Of a DNA stretch of 64,000 nt, positions 20,434-31,418 are shown one piece after another. The stretch is taken from contig JAFAZI010000133.1 of the NCBI GenBank assembly GCA_019239875.1, positions 130 through 64,129 on the forward strand, given 5' to 3'. The notes beneath the pieces are model-generated. The model did no database searches and had not been told where the DNA came from. It saw only the letters and a list, made by a program, of their open reading frames with translations. Made by a program: the position numbers and the translations under genes. This DNA is from Frankiaceae bacterium. Its GTDB lineage: Bacteria > Actinomycetota > Actinomycetes > JAFAQI01. Every line of letters begins with the position of its first letter. The first letter of the stretch is position 1.

Positions 20434-22422
20434 ATGTGGCGACGTGCGTTAACCGCGGCCGTATTGATCTTGACGGTGGTGCCTCTCTCGGCTGCGTCGG
20501 CGGGCGCCGATCACCGGTCGCGTTTCGAGGTCTCAGTTCGTCTGACGTCCCAGACGATCCTGATTGGGGACCATGCTGACCTAACCGGCAAGGTACGAGG
20601 CGGGATTCCTGGGACGAAGGTTCGCCTGCAGCGACGCGTCGCCGGCGCGTGGGTCGACAGGCGCCGTGCGCAGTTAGCGCGGCATTCCACCTTCGAGATC
20701 AGCCTCCCAACTGGCAAGGCTAGGTCGGTCCAGTATCGCGTCGTGAAACCCGCAGGGCGGGCGCGCCATCACATGGTGGAACGGTCTGGCCACAGTGCCC
20801 CAGTGAGACTGACGGTCTATCGCCGGCTTGATGTTAGTGATCCCGCGGACGGAAGTGCGTATAGCTACTACGACCACCGACTTAGCGCGCCGCACGTCAT
20901 GCACGGCAGCTGGCGGCTCGGCGGGGGCGCCCTCCCACACGGCCTCACGCTGTCGCAGGACGGTCAGATCACAGGAACTCCGACCGCGCACCAAACTGCG
21001 ACTTTCAGGTTGGAAGCGACTGGGACCGACGGAGCCGACCGGGTGAGTGAGCCGCTCCAAATGACGATTCGCGCCTACGTCAACGATGTAGGCAAGTACT
21101 GGTCTGCCGTGGCGGCACCTGACAGGTCCACCCGAAACGGCCAGTTTCAAGACCAGTTATTTGACGTCGACTGTCCCGCCACCGGCCAGTGCACTGCGGT
21201 CGGCACATACGCCGACTACTCACGAGATGGCCTGGGCGGCGTGCTCGTGGAGACTCTCGCTCTAGGCCAGTGGGTCGACCAAGAGGTGCCCCTGCCACCG
21301 GGCGTGACCGGACGGGCTGGGCTAAGTCAGATCGACTGCTCGGACTCGCTGAACTGTGTGGCTATCGGCAGCTTCGTCAACGACGGCAACGACTCCGACT
21401 ACTTCGCGCACGGTCTGCTTGGCGTCGAGACCGCTGGCGTCTGGACATTGAGCGTCGCGCCTACCCCGAGCGCCGCAGCTGCGGCAGGCCAGCAGTACAT
21501 GGACCTGACCTCCCTCGCTTGCAGCGGTCCAGCCGCGTGTGTTGCCTTCGGCGTCACGAGCGCCGGCGGAGCGCAGCACGTAAACGAAGCAACTGGTGTC
21601 GCCGAGACGCTGTCCGCGACGACGTGGGCCGCGACCACCGTCGATGCAGCGCACACATATGTCGGGCTGGCACATGCCACCTGCAGCGCCTCCGAATGTG
21701 TCCTCATCGGCCGTGGCTCGCCCCAGGATCGACTCATTGAGGGAAACGGGTCCGTCTGGTCGTCAACCGCGATCCCGTACGCCGCGCCAGCCTCGGCGGA
21801 AGCAAACGCCGTATCCGCACTGCGATGCTTCACCGCCGACTCGTGTACGTACATCGGCGCAGAAGCCGATATCGGGGCGGGCGGATGGCAGGGCATCGTC
21901 GGGTCGGTCGACAAGACCGTACCCAACTCCACATTCGGTCCAGCGGTACCTGACGTCGCGGGAAACTGGTTCTACAACGACTTATCCTGCACCGGCGCCA
22001 CCTGGTGCGCAGCTGGGGGTGTCTACGCGACGGCGACGGCCGCCCAACAGCCGGACGTGGCGACGTACGCCGCCGGCACCTGGACTGCGATTGGTCTCGT
22101 CGTCCCTCCCAGTCCCTATGACACGGAGGAGTCGCCGCCTGAGGGCTCTATCGAACACATCGACTGCCCTACGGTCGATCGATGCGCGGCCGCTGGCGCG
22201 GCAAACGCCGGAGCTCTGCTCATCACACGCGACGCTGATAGCTGGCATACGTTCTTGGCCCCGGCGCCCAGCGACGCGAAGCCTAGGGACAACGATCTTC
22301 AGTCGCTGAGTTGCGCGTCGACTACCTTCTGTGTGTCGGTGGGCGAGTACTACACGGCCCAATTTCCGCAATTACCCCACGGCTTAATCGAGACATACGA
22401 CGGACCACCGGCAAGCAGCTAA
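20434..22422 (+). CDS. secreted protein with Ig-like N-terminal domains and eight Cys-x4-5-Cys tandem repeats
   Basis: Start at MWRRALTAAVLILTV… (signal peptide) with GGGAGG 6 nt upstream. Contains a putative Ig-type segment (LPHGLTLSQDGQITGTPTA…). It then carries eight roughly 50-55-aa repeats, each beginning C-x4-5-C-x-[AV]-x-G and containing a conserved Trp. Confidence 0.7.
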   Translation: MWRRALTAAVLILTVVPLSAASAGADHRSRFEVSVRLTSQTILIGDHADLTGKVRGGIPGTKVRLQRRVAGAWVDRRRAQLARHSTFEISLPTGKARSVQYRVVKPAGRARHHMVERSGHSAPVRLTVYRRLDVSDPADGSAYSYYDHRLSAPHVMHGSWRLGGGALPHGLTLSQDGQITGTPTAHQTATFRLEATGTDGADRVSEPLQMTIRAYVNDVGKYWSAVAAPDRSTRNGQFQDQLFDVDCPATGQCTAVGTYADYSRDGLGGVLVETLALGQWVDQEVPLPPGVTGRAGLSQIDCSDSLNCVAIGSFVNDGNDSDYFAHGLLGVETAGVWTLSVAPTPSAAAAAGQQYMDLTSLACSGPAACVAFGVTSAGGAQHVNEATGVAETLSATTWAATTVDAAHTYVGLAHATCSASECVLIGRGSPQDRLIEGNGSVWSSTAIPYAAPASAEANAVSALRCFTADSCTYIGAEADIGAGGWQGIVGSVDKTVPNSTFGPAVPDVAGNWFYNDLSCTGATWCAAGGVYATATAAQQPDVATYAAGTWTAIGLVVPPSPYDTEESPPEGSIEHIDCPTVDRCAAAGAANAGALLITRDADSWHTFLAPAPSDAKPRDNDLQSLSCASTTFCVSVGEYYTAQFPQLPHGLIETYDGPPASS

Positions 22423-22706
22423 CCATCCCATCGCTAGCTGTGTACCTCCGTGCTGCTCTTCGCGAACGCGCGTGACCTGCGCGTGGTGCGCGGGACGTCG
22501 TAGTCGAGCCGCCCATCGTCGGTGGGCCACGTGATCGGGATCCTGCGCGCGGGGCCGACGAGCTCCCCAGATAATCTGCGGCGACATCGCAACAGGACAA
22601 TCTCCACCGGCGAAGGAACAGGGCGAGCAAGGACGCGCGCCGCGAGACGTGCATAGGTGCCGTTTGCGAGCACATATCGCTCATCTGCTGCGCCATCATG
22701 TGACCC

Positions 22707-23003
22707 ATGTCCGCTGCCGAGCAGGACCCCACCATCGGTGCCTCGCGCTCCCTCATCGACGGTGACTGGGAGTGGCCTGTCCACGGTCTACGTCACCCAC
22801 CAGCGGACCGAACATCCGGCTGGTACGTCTGGACCGGCGATCTCTCCCACGCCGATGACTTTTTCCAGCCGTGGCACACCAGCCATCTGGTGGAGCGGGT
22901 CCCGCAGTTGGCGTCCTTGCTTGATCTCCCTCCGGGGTCGAGATTCTTGATCGCGCCTGACCATCTGGACACCTGGAAAGACCCGTCTCTCCTCGACGTG
23001 TAG
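22707..23003 (+). CDS. hypothetical Trp-rich small protein
   Basis: 98-aa ORF (…WEWPVHGLRHPP…WYVWTGD…FQPWH…). An alternative antisense ORF at 22434..22784 overlaps it. Confidence 0.35.
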   Translation: MSAAEQDPTIGASRSLIDGDWEWPVHGLRHPPADRTSGWYVWTGDLSHADDFFQPWHTSHLVERVPQLASLLDLPPGSRFLIAPDHLDTWKDPSLLDV

Positions 23004-23139
23004 GCGCCTAGAAGTGCCGATCGCGGCGTCTGGCCCTCCGGCCTGCAGGATCGGGCCGGGCGGTCGTTCGCGTAGGCATAACCCGCGTATGGCGCTCTTT
23101 CGTCGGCGGGCCGAATCGCCGACGCCGCCACGGGCTCCG

Positions 23140-23850
23140 ATGCGGAGTCTGGAGGACCTCGTCCACGTCAAGCCTCCTGCCTGGCCGTGGCTCGCTGAAC
23201 TCATCGAGAGGTCTCGGGTCCCAGTTCGTGTTATCCCTGCCGATCCGGAGGCAGCGAGCACGTGCCTGTATCGGTTGCAGGTGAGCGTTGCCTCGGCTCT
23301 GGGTGCAGTCGCGTTCAACACGGGTGGGCTCATCGTGGATCACGGATGGCTGCGGATCCTCGGCTGTGGCGGTGAAGGGCTGACTGACCTGGCGATGGCA
23401 AATGCGCTCGGCGATCGAGCGAAAGCGGCAGGCCCCCCGTCACATCTCGTTGTCGCCTATGACGTCGTCGGCGGGCGATTCGCCGTGAACGGCGGTGGGT
23501 TGCCAGGCCCGTCCGGACAGGTTCACTACTGGGGACCCGACACCTTGAGCTGGCACTCTCTCGGTTTCGGACACTCTGCGTTCATCGAATGGACTCTCGC
23601 CGGCAGCACGGTCGATTTCTATTCTTCGCTGCGCTGGCCGGGTTGGGAAGAAGACGCTGAAAGCGTCGCCGGTGATCAAGGCATCCTGCTCTACCCGCCG
23701 CCGTTTTCTGCGCAGGGCCAAGACACGACCAACGTCGCCCGGAAGGTTGTGTCCTGGGACGAACTCGTCGGCATGTATGACGACTTCAGTCGCCAAATGG
23801 GTGAGCTGCCGCCCGGCACCGAGTTCCAGATCGTTGTGACTGACGACTGA
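23140..23850 (+). CDS. DUF2625 domain protein
   Basis: Start chosen at MRSLEDLVHVKPPAWPWL…; resembles the DUF2625 family (recalled from memory, not searched). Confidence 0.55.
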   Translation: MRSLEDLVHVKPPAWPWLAELIERSRVPVRVIPADPEAASTCLYRLQVSVASALGAVAFNTGGLIVDHGWLRILGCGGEGLTDLAMANALGDRAKAAGPPSHLVVAYDVVGGRFAVNGGGLPGPSGQVHYWGPDTLSWHSLGFGHSAFIEWTLAGSTVDFYSSLRWPGWEEDAESVAGDQGILLYPPPFSAQGQDTTNVARKVVSWDELVGMYDDFSRQMGELPPGTEFQIVVTDD

Positions 23851-23898
23851 CGACTAGAAGTGCCGTTCTGCGGTGGAGGTCGAGGTTCAGGGACGATG

Positions 23899-24132
23899 TC
23901 AGACTGTCAGTAGAAGTACGCCGAGGATCACGCTGACCGCGCTCGGCGCGACCAATAGCAAAGACAGACGTCGGAGCTGATCGCCCCACCCGTGGATCTT
24001 CGATCTGTACGCCTCGCTGGGCTGTCGGTGGGTGAAGCTGATGTTCCAGCGCCGGTAAATCAGGGAGCCTTCATACGTCAGCGCAATCGGGCACGTCCCG
24101 AGCACAATCAGAAGAATCCCGGCGGTCGTCAC
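23899..24132 (-). CDS. small membrane protein (two predicted TM helices)
   Basis: Hydrophobic N- and C-terminal segments. Codon usage looks atypical for this genome. Confidence 0.4.
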   Translation of the reverse strand: MTTAGILLIVLGTCPIALTYEGSLIYRRWNISFTHRQPSEAYRSKIHGWGDQLRRLSLLLVAPSAVSVILGVLLLTV

Positions 24133-24257
24133 ACGGCTAGTTTGCCCGCGCCCTAGGTTGCCATTCGCCGGAGAAGTGCCCGCTCGCGTCCGACGCTGAG
24201 CGATCAGGCGCTATTGGACGCTCGAACCATCGACAGGGCCTGGCAGGTCGTAAGACC

Positions 24258-24656
24258 ATGGCGTCCGTGCATCGACCCGCGCTCATCCTGGTCGGGGTGG
24301 TGCTCGCCGCCACTGGTTGCAGCAGTTCCGACGCAGGCGGAGAATCCGCGTCGCGTACCTCGTTCGCACCAGCAGCGGGGACTGTGCCAGCCAACGGTCC
24401 TCCTGACGTAGTCGGGATGCACCTCGGCAAGGCGCTGCGCACACTGCGAGTTGCAGGCTTCGCTTGGCGTGTGAGGGCCGCCCTCCAGCCGCGGGACGCC
24501 AATCTGGGGCGAGTCGTCGTCCAATGCCGCCCCAGCGGAGGTCCGAACGGCAAGCACCGCATCTCGGTCATCTATGCATCCACCGGAAACACCGTTCTGT
24601 CAATGCGCTCGGCGACTCCGGCCGATCTTGAGTGTGCGTCACGCTGGGCGCACTAG
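24258..24656 (+). CDS. lipoprotein with PASTA-like domain
   Basis: Signal peptide plus lipobox (LAATGCSS). PASTA-like segment PPDVVGMHLGKALRTLRVAGF…GRVVVQ. Confidence 0.65.
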   Translation: MASVHRPALILVGVVLAATGCSSSDAGGESASRTSFAPAAGTVPANGPPDVVGMHLGKALRTLRVAGFAWRVRAALQPRDANLGRVVVQCRPSGGPNGKHRISVIYASTGNTVLSMRSATPADLECASRWAH

Positions 24657-25098
24657 AGGGCGATGCATAGATGCCGTTCCCGAGCGGGTGGACCGGCGTT
24701 ATCGTGCGGTCGTGTCACTCGATGAGGATGGACGTAACGCCCTCCATCACGCTGCGGTACGCGGTGAGGTCGACGTGCTGGCCAGCCTTCCAAAGCGCGG
24801 AGACCATGACCTCGACCTCGCCGATCGTCAGGGCTTCACGCCGCTTCACTTTGCTGCGCAGCAGGGCGACCTGGAAGCCGTGCGACTGCTGCTGGTCGCC
24901 GGTGCATCTGTCGACCCGCAGGACAGCCGCGGGAACACGCCGTTGTGGCGCGCCGTCTTCGGCAACAACGCTGTCGCGGAGATAGTTCAGCTGCTCCTGG
25001 CAGCGGGCGCCGACCCTGACATCACGAACAACAGTGGACGGTCACCACGAGATATGGCCGCGACCTTTAACAAGGCCGAGATAGTCAGTCAACTCTGA
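24574..25098 (+). CDS. ankyrin-repeat protein
   Basis: At least three ANK repeats (NALHHAAVRGEVDVL…, GFTPLHFAAQQGDLEAVRLLLVAGA…, GNTPLWRAV…). The start is uncertain (possibly GTG 24712), because the track ORF overlaps the preceding gene. Confidence 0.65.
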   Translation: MHPPETPFCQCARRLRPILSVRHAGRTRGRCIDAVPERVDRRYRAVVSLDEDGRNALHHAAVRGEVDVLASLPKRGDHDLDLADRQGFTPLHFAAQQGDLEAVRLLLVAGASVDPQDSRGNTPLWRAVFGNNAVAEIVQLLLAAGADPDITNNSGRSPRDMAATFNKAEIVSQL

Positions 25099-25171
25099 TC
25101 GCGTACACGACCGAGCCTCAGCCACGGTCCGCAGACTATAGGTGCCGTTCACGGAACCTGATCGGCAGCCG

Positions 25172-25618
25172 CTAAGTCCCAACTCGGTTCCAGGGAGGCG
25201 GAGCCACCCACCAAGCAAGGTGTCCGTCTGTGCGGCACCGTCGGGCGATGCGATCCACATGGACGGAGCTGAACCCCCCACCGAGGGCACGGTGCTCGGC
25301 GTGGCGCCAAGCAATATGACCGCGGCGGTTGTAGATCCGAAGTGGCCTGACCCGGTAGTAGTAGCCGTGCGGCCACAGAGCCGCATGCAGTCCGTTTCCG
25401 TCGTGTAACCAGACACAACGGGCCTTCTTGCCAACCCGAATCGTTGCATCTCGCATCAACATCGCGGGAAGCGTTCGTGTCCGGCCGTAGGTGGGGAGCG
25501 CGTGGGCGCCCGACGGAATCGGACGGGCTCGGCTCGATGCCCCGACCGGATCCGAAGCAATGAGAACACACATTCCAAGAAGCACGCTCAACCCGAGCCA
25601 AGCGACCCGCCGCGCCAT
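25172..25618 (-). CDS. hypothetical secreted protein
   Basis: Start at MARRVAWLGLSVLLGMCVLIAS… (signal peptide). Trp/His/Arg-rich, with no recognised domain. Confidence 0.5.
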   Translation of the reverse strand: MARRVAWLGLSVLLGMCVLIASDPVGASSRARPIPSGAHALPTYGRTRTLPAMLMRDATIRVGKKARCVWLHDGNGLHAALWPHGYYYRVRPLRIYNRRGHIAWRHAEHRALGGGFSSVHVDRIARRCRTDGHLAWWVAPPPWNRVGT

Positions 25619-26099
25619 TCGACAGCCGCGCACACGCGAACGATATGCGGCGGGATCCGTGAACGTGGAAGTGATGCTCTTTCCCGCGGGCATCGCGTCC
25701 CGCCGCAGGCGGCAGACTATGAGTTCCGTTAGCCGCTCACGACGACGTCGGCACCGCGCCAAAGAAGTGCCCGACTCGGCACCCGAGCCTTCCGTGAGCC
25801 GCTAGTGAACCCGGAAGCGCCGAGGGATAGATGCCAGCCACAAGGGTCAGCCCGCCAATTCCACTACCGACTGCCAGGCGTGGCCAGTTGGGAACTTCGG
25901 CCCCTCGCAGCTTGCAAGCGGGATTCCCGGAGGCTCCGACGGACATGAGCCTTCAGCGACCGTTCCTGCCACGGCGCCATTGATCAGCCCGAATATCGCC
26001 GACAGCAACACGATCCCCAGGAGCCGCCGGATCACGTCGTGACCGTAACGCTGATCGTCATCGACGCGTTCGGACGCGCGGCGGCGTGTCGGCTTTACT

Positions 26100-26115
26100 T
26101 CGAACACCTGTTCTA
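26100..26115 (+). promoter_or_regulatory. LexA (SOS) box upstream of recA
   Basis: TCGAACACCTGTTCTA, versus the actinobacterial consensus TCGAAC-N4-GTTCGA. It lies 107 bp upstream of the recA ATG. Confidence 0.7.
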
Positions 26116-26221
26116 TAGGTTGTGGAGAACGACATGGCGTCCACAGATCCGGATCGCGCCTCGAAACTGTCCGACCCGGCTCCTAACGTCAGCGGCACCA
26201 GACACCACTCGGAGGGCTCGC

Positions 26222-28610
<2,389 letters not shown>

Positions 28611-28621
<11 letters not shown>

Positions 28622-29141
28622 GCCGCGCTCGAACGACCCGGAGCCCGATCCGGAGTCGGTCGCTCGCGCCATCGCCCTTCGCCTGCTCGAGGCGCAGCCA
28701 CGCACTCGCGCCGAGCTCGCGACGGCGATGGCAAAGCGCCGGGTCCCACCGGAGGTGGCCGACGCCGTCCTCGATCGGTTTGTCGACGTCGGCCTGATCG
28801 ACGATGCCGCGTTCGCCCAGGCCTGGGTCGACAGCCGGCACCGCGGCAAGGGCCTGGCTCGGCGGGCACTCGCGGCCGAGCTCCGCAAGCGTGGCGTCGA
28901 TGACGAGCTGGCAAAGGACGCCCTCGAGACAGTCAGCACCGACGACGAAGCGGCCGCCGCCGAGGCGCTGGTCCGTCGCCGGCTGCGCAGCATGTCCGGT
29001 CTCGCCCCAGACGTCCAGCTGCGCCGGCTCGTGAGCATGCTGGCTCGCAAGGGCTTCGGTGGTTCGCTCGCGTATTCCGTCAGCCGCCGGGTGATCGAGG
29101 AAGATTCGACTTTCCTAGACGATCTTCCGGTCTCGCCCTAA
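28611..29141 (+). CDS. recX: regulatory protein RecX
   Basis: RecX family three-repeat helical protein. It overlaps the recA 3' end. Confidence 0.85.
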
Positions 29142-29228
29142 CCTCGGAATCACCAGAGAGTCACAGTCCGTGACGCGGGCGCGCCAGTGCCCACAGTCAC
29201 GTTCCATTTGTGGGGCGGGGGCGCGCGC

Positions 29229-30668
29229 ATGACCGCTCTTGTCGCGGTGTTGGTCGTCGCCGTGATCGCCATCGGCGCGGCCGTCGTCGTCCTGCTCCGG
29301 CGCGTCACTGTCGGCGTCACCCCCGCGCCGCCGCCGCCGACGTCACGGCCCGAAACGGGCGAAGCGCTGTCCGACCTGCAGCGCCGTGAGCAACGACTGC
29401 AGGACCGCGAGGAGCGCCTCGAGCAGGAGGCGAGACGGCTCGCCGAGCGCGACAAGCAGCATGCCGCTGCGGCGGCCGCCCTCGACCGGCAACGAGACGA
29501 GCTTGCGGCAGCCACCGAGCACCGCCAGGCGGAGCTTGAACGCGTCGCCGGGCTGACCGTCGCCGACGCGCGGGCCGAGCTCGTCAAGGTCATCGAGACC
29601 CAGGCCAAACGCGAGGCCGCTCACATCGTCCGCGACATCGAGGCCCAGGCAAAGGAAGAAGGCGAGGAGCGCGCCCGCAAGATCGTCACCCTCGCCATCC
29701 AGCGGGTCGCGAGCGAGCAGACCGCGGAATCGGTCGTGTCGGTTCTCCACCTGCCGAGCGATGAGATGAAAGGCCGCATCATCGGCCGCGAGGGTCGCAA
29801 CATCCGCACCTTCGAGGCTGTCACGGGCGTCAACCTGATCATCGACGACACTCCCGAGGCGGTGCTGCTGTCCTGCTTCGATCCGGTACGGCGCGAGGTC
29901 GGGCGGCTGACCCTCGAGAAGCTCGTCCTCGACGGCCGGATCCACCCCCATCGCATCGAAGAGCAGCACGAGCGCAGCAAGGCCGAGGTCGACGGGCTGT
30001 GTGTCCGCGCCGGCGAGGACGCCTTGGTCGATCTCGGGATCACCGAGATGCACCCCGACCTGATCGCGCTGCTGGGTCAGCTGCGCTACCGCACGTCGTA
30101 CGGCCAGAACGTCCTCAAGCACCTCGTCGAGTCGGCGCACATCGCCGGGATGATGGCCAGTGAGCTACGCCTCGATCGTGACGTCTGCAAGCGTTGCGCC
30201 CTGCTGCACGACGTCGGCAAGGCGCTCACCCACGAGGTCGAGGGCTCCCACGCGATCATCGGTGCCGAGATCGCCCGCAAGTACGGCGAGTCCGAGGACG
30301 TCGTCCACGCGATCGAGGCGCACCACAACGAGGTCGAGGTCCGCACCGTCGAAGCCGTGTTGACCCAGGCGTCCGACGGCATCAGCGGCGGCCGGCCCGG
30401 GGCGCGACGGGAATCACTCGAGCACTACGTGCAGCGACTCGAGCGGATCGAACAGATCGCCGGCGCCCACGACGGCGTCGAACGGGTCTTCGCGATGCAG
30501 GCCGGCCGCGAGATCCGGGTCATGGTCAAGCCCGAGGACATCGACGACATCGGCGCCCAGGTGATCGCCCGTGACGTCGCCAAGCAGATCGAGGAAGAGC
30601 TGACCTACCCCGGCCAGATCCGCATCACCGTCGTCCGTGAGTCCCGAGCCACCGAGGTCGCCAAGTGA
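29229..30668 (+). CDS. rny: ribonuclease Y (N-terminal TM, KH and HD domains)
   Basis: N-terminal TM (MTALVAVLVVAVIAIGAAVVVLL), coiled-coil, KH domain (MKGRIIGREGRNIRTFE) and HD domain (LLHDVGKA). The track ORF starts 14 codons too early. Confidence 0.85.
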   Translation: MTALVAVLVVAVIAIGAAVVVLLRRVTVGVTPAPPPPTSRPETGEALSDLQRREQRLQDREERLEQEARRLAERDKQHAAAAAALDRQRDELAAATEHRQAELERVAGLTVADARAELVKVIETQAKREAAHIVRDIEAQAKEEGEERARKIVTLAIQRVASEQTAESVVSVLHLPSDEMKGRIIGREGRNIRTFEAVTGVNLIIDDTPEAVLLSCFDPVRREVGRLTLEKLVLDGRIHPHRIEEQHERSKAEVDGLCVRAGEDALVDLGITEMHPDLIALLGQLRYRTSYGQNVLKHLVESAHIAGMMASELRLDRDVCKRCALLHDVGKALTHEVEGSHAIIGAEIARKYGESEDVVHAIEAHHNEVEVRTVEAVLTQASDGISGGRPGARRESLEHYVQRLERIEQIAGAHDGVERVFAMQAGREIRVMVKPEDIDDIGAQVIARDVAKQIEEELTYPGQIRITVVRESRATEVAK

Positions 30669-31354
30669 AGTTCGCGCCCACCCCCGAGGAGATCGCCGAC
30701 ATCTACGCCGGTGCTTACCAACGCGTGACCGCGCTCGCCACCGACTTCGACGAGGCGGACCTCGCGGTCGTGGTCCCGGGTACGCCGCGCTGGACGCTGC
30801 ACGGCCTGATGTCGCACCTCGTCGGAGGTCCGGTGGACTTCGCGAACGGCCGCGTCGAGGGCGCCGGTGGCGAGCCGTGGACGCAGCAGCAGGTCGACGA
30901 TCGGGTCGACCGCTCCCTCGACGAGCTGCTCGAGGAGTGGGCCGGGGTCCTCCCAGGCGTCGACGCCGCCGTGCGTAGCGGCAACGTCCCTGCGCCGGTC
31001 AGCTTCGACATCCTCACCCACGAGTCCGACATCCGCGGCGCTCTCGGTCTCGATCCGACGCCGGACGCTGCCGGGGTTCGCTTCCTGACCGACGGGTTCG
31101 GCGCCCGCGCTGTTGCCGTCGCCCGCAAGGCCGAGCTGCCGCCACTTCGCCTCTGCGCGTCCGACACCGGCTGGAGCGCAGGGGTGGACGGTGGCGTCAC
31201 CGCGACAGCAACCGAGCACGAGTGGACGAGAGCGCTGACGGGGCGCCGAAGCAACGCGCAGGTCAGCGCCTACGACTGGACCGGCGACCCGTCGCCGTAC
31301 CTGCCGTTGCTCTCGCCATTCGGGCCGTTGCGCGATGCCGACGTGCGGGAGTAG
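30665..31354 (+). CDS. DinB_2/TIGR03083-family protein (mycothiol-dependent maleylpyruvate isomerase N-terminal domain-like)
   Basis: Pattern typical of the actinobacterial TIGR03083 family (…WTLHGLMSHLVGG…). Start overlaps the rny stop. Confidence 0.6.
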   Translation: MKFAPTPEEIADIYAGAYQRVTALATDFDEADLAVVVPGTPRWTLHGLMSHLVGGPVDFANGRVEGAGGEPWTQQQVDDRVDRSLDELLEEWAGVLPGVDAAVRSGNVPAPVSFDILTHESDIRGALGLDPTPDAAGVRFLTDGFGARAVAVARKAELPPLRLCASDTGWSAGVDGGVTATATEHEWTRALTGRRSNAQVSAYDWTGDPSPYLPLLSPFGPLRDADVRE

Positions 31355-31418
31355 CGCCTGAGTCCTATGCACGGATGCGCATTGGACAATCAACATTTGC
31401 CCTTGCTGGCATGGCGTC

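Noticed and set aside
22434-22784. Minus-strand 116-aa ORF overlapping the + strand 98-aa ORF (22707..23003)
   Set aside because: It has no recognisable features and overlaps the better-looking Trp-rich + strand ORF. I cannot exclude it, but kept only the + strand call, at low confidence.
25847-26107. 86-aa minus-strand ORF with a TM helix whose GTG start lies inside the recA LexA box
   Set aside because: It would place a start codon within the recA operator/promoter and has no support. Kept only as a low-interest note.
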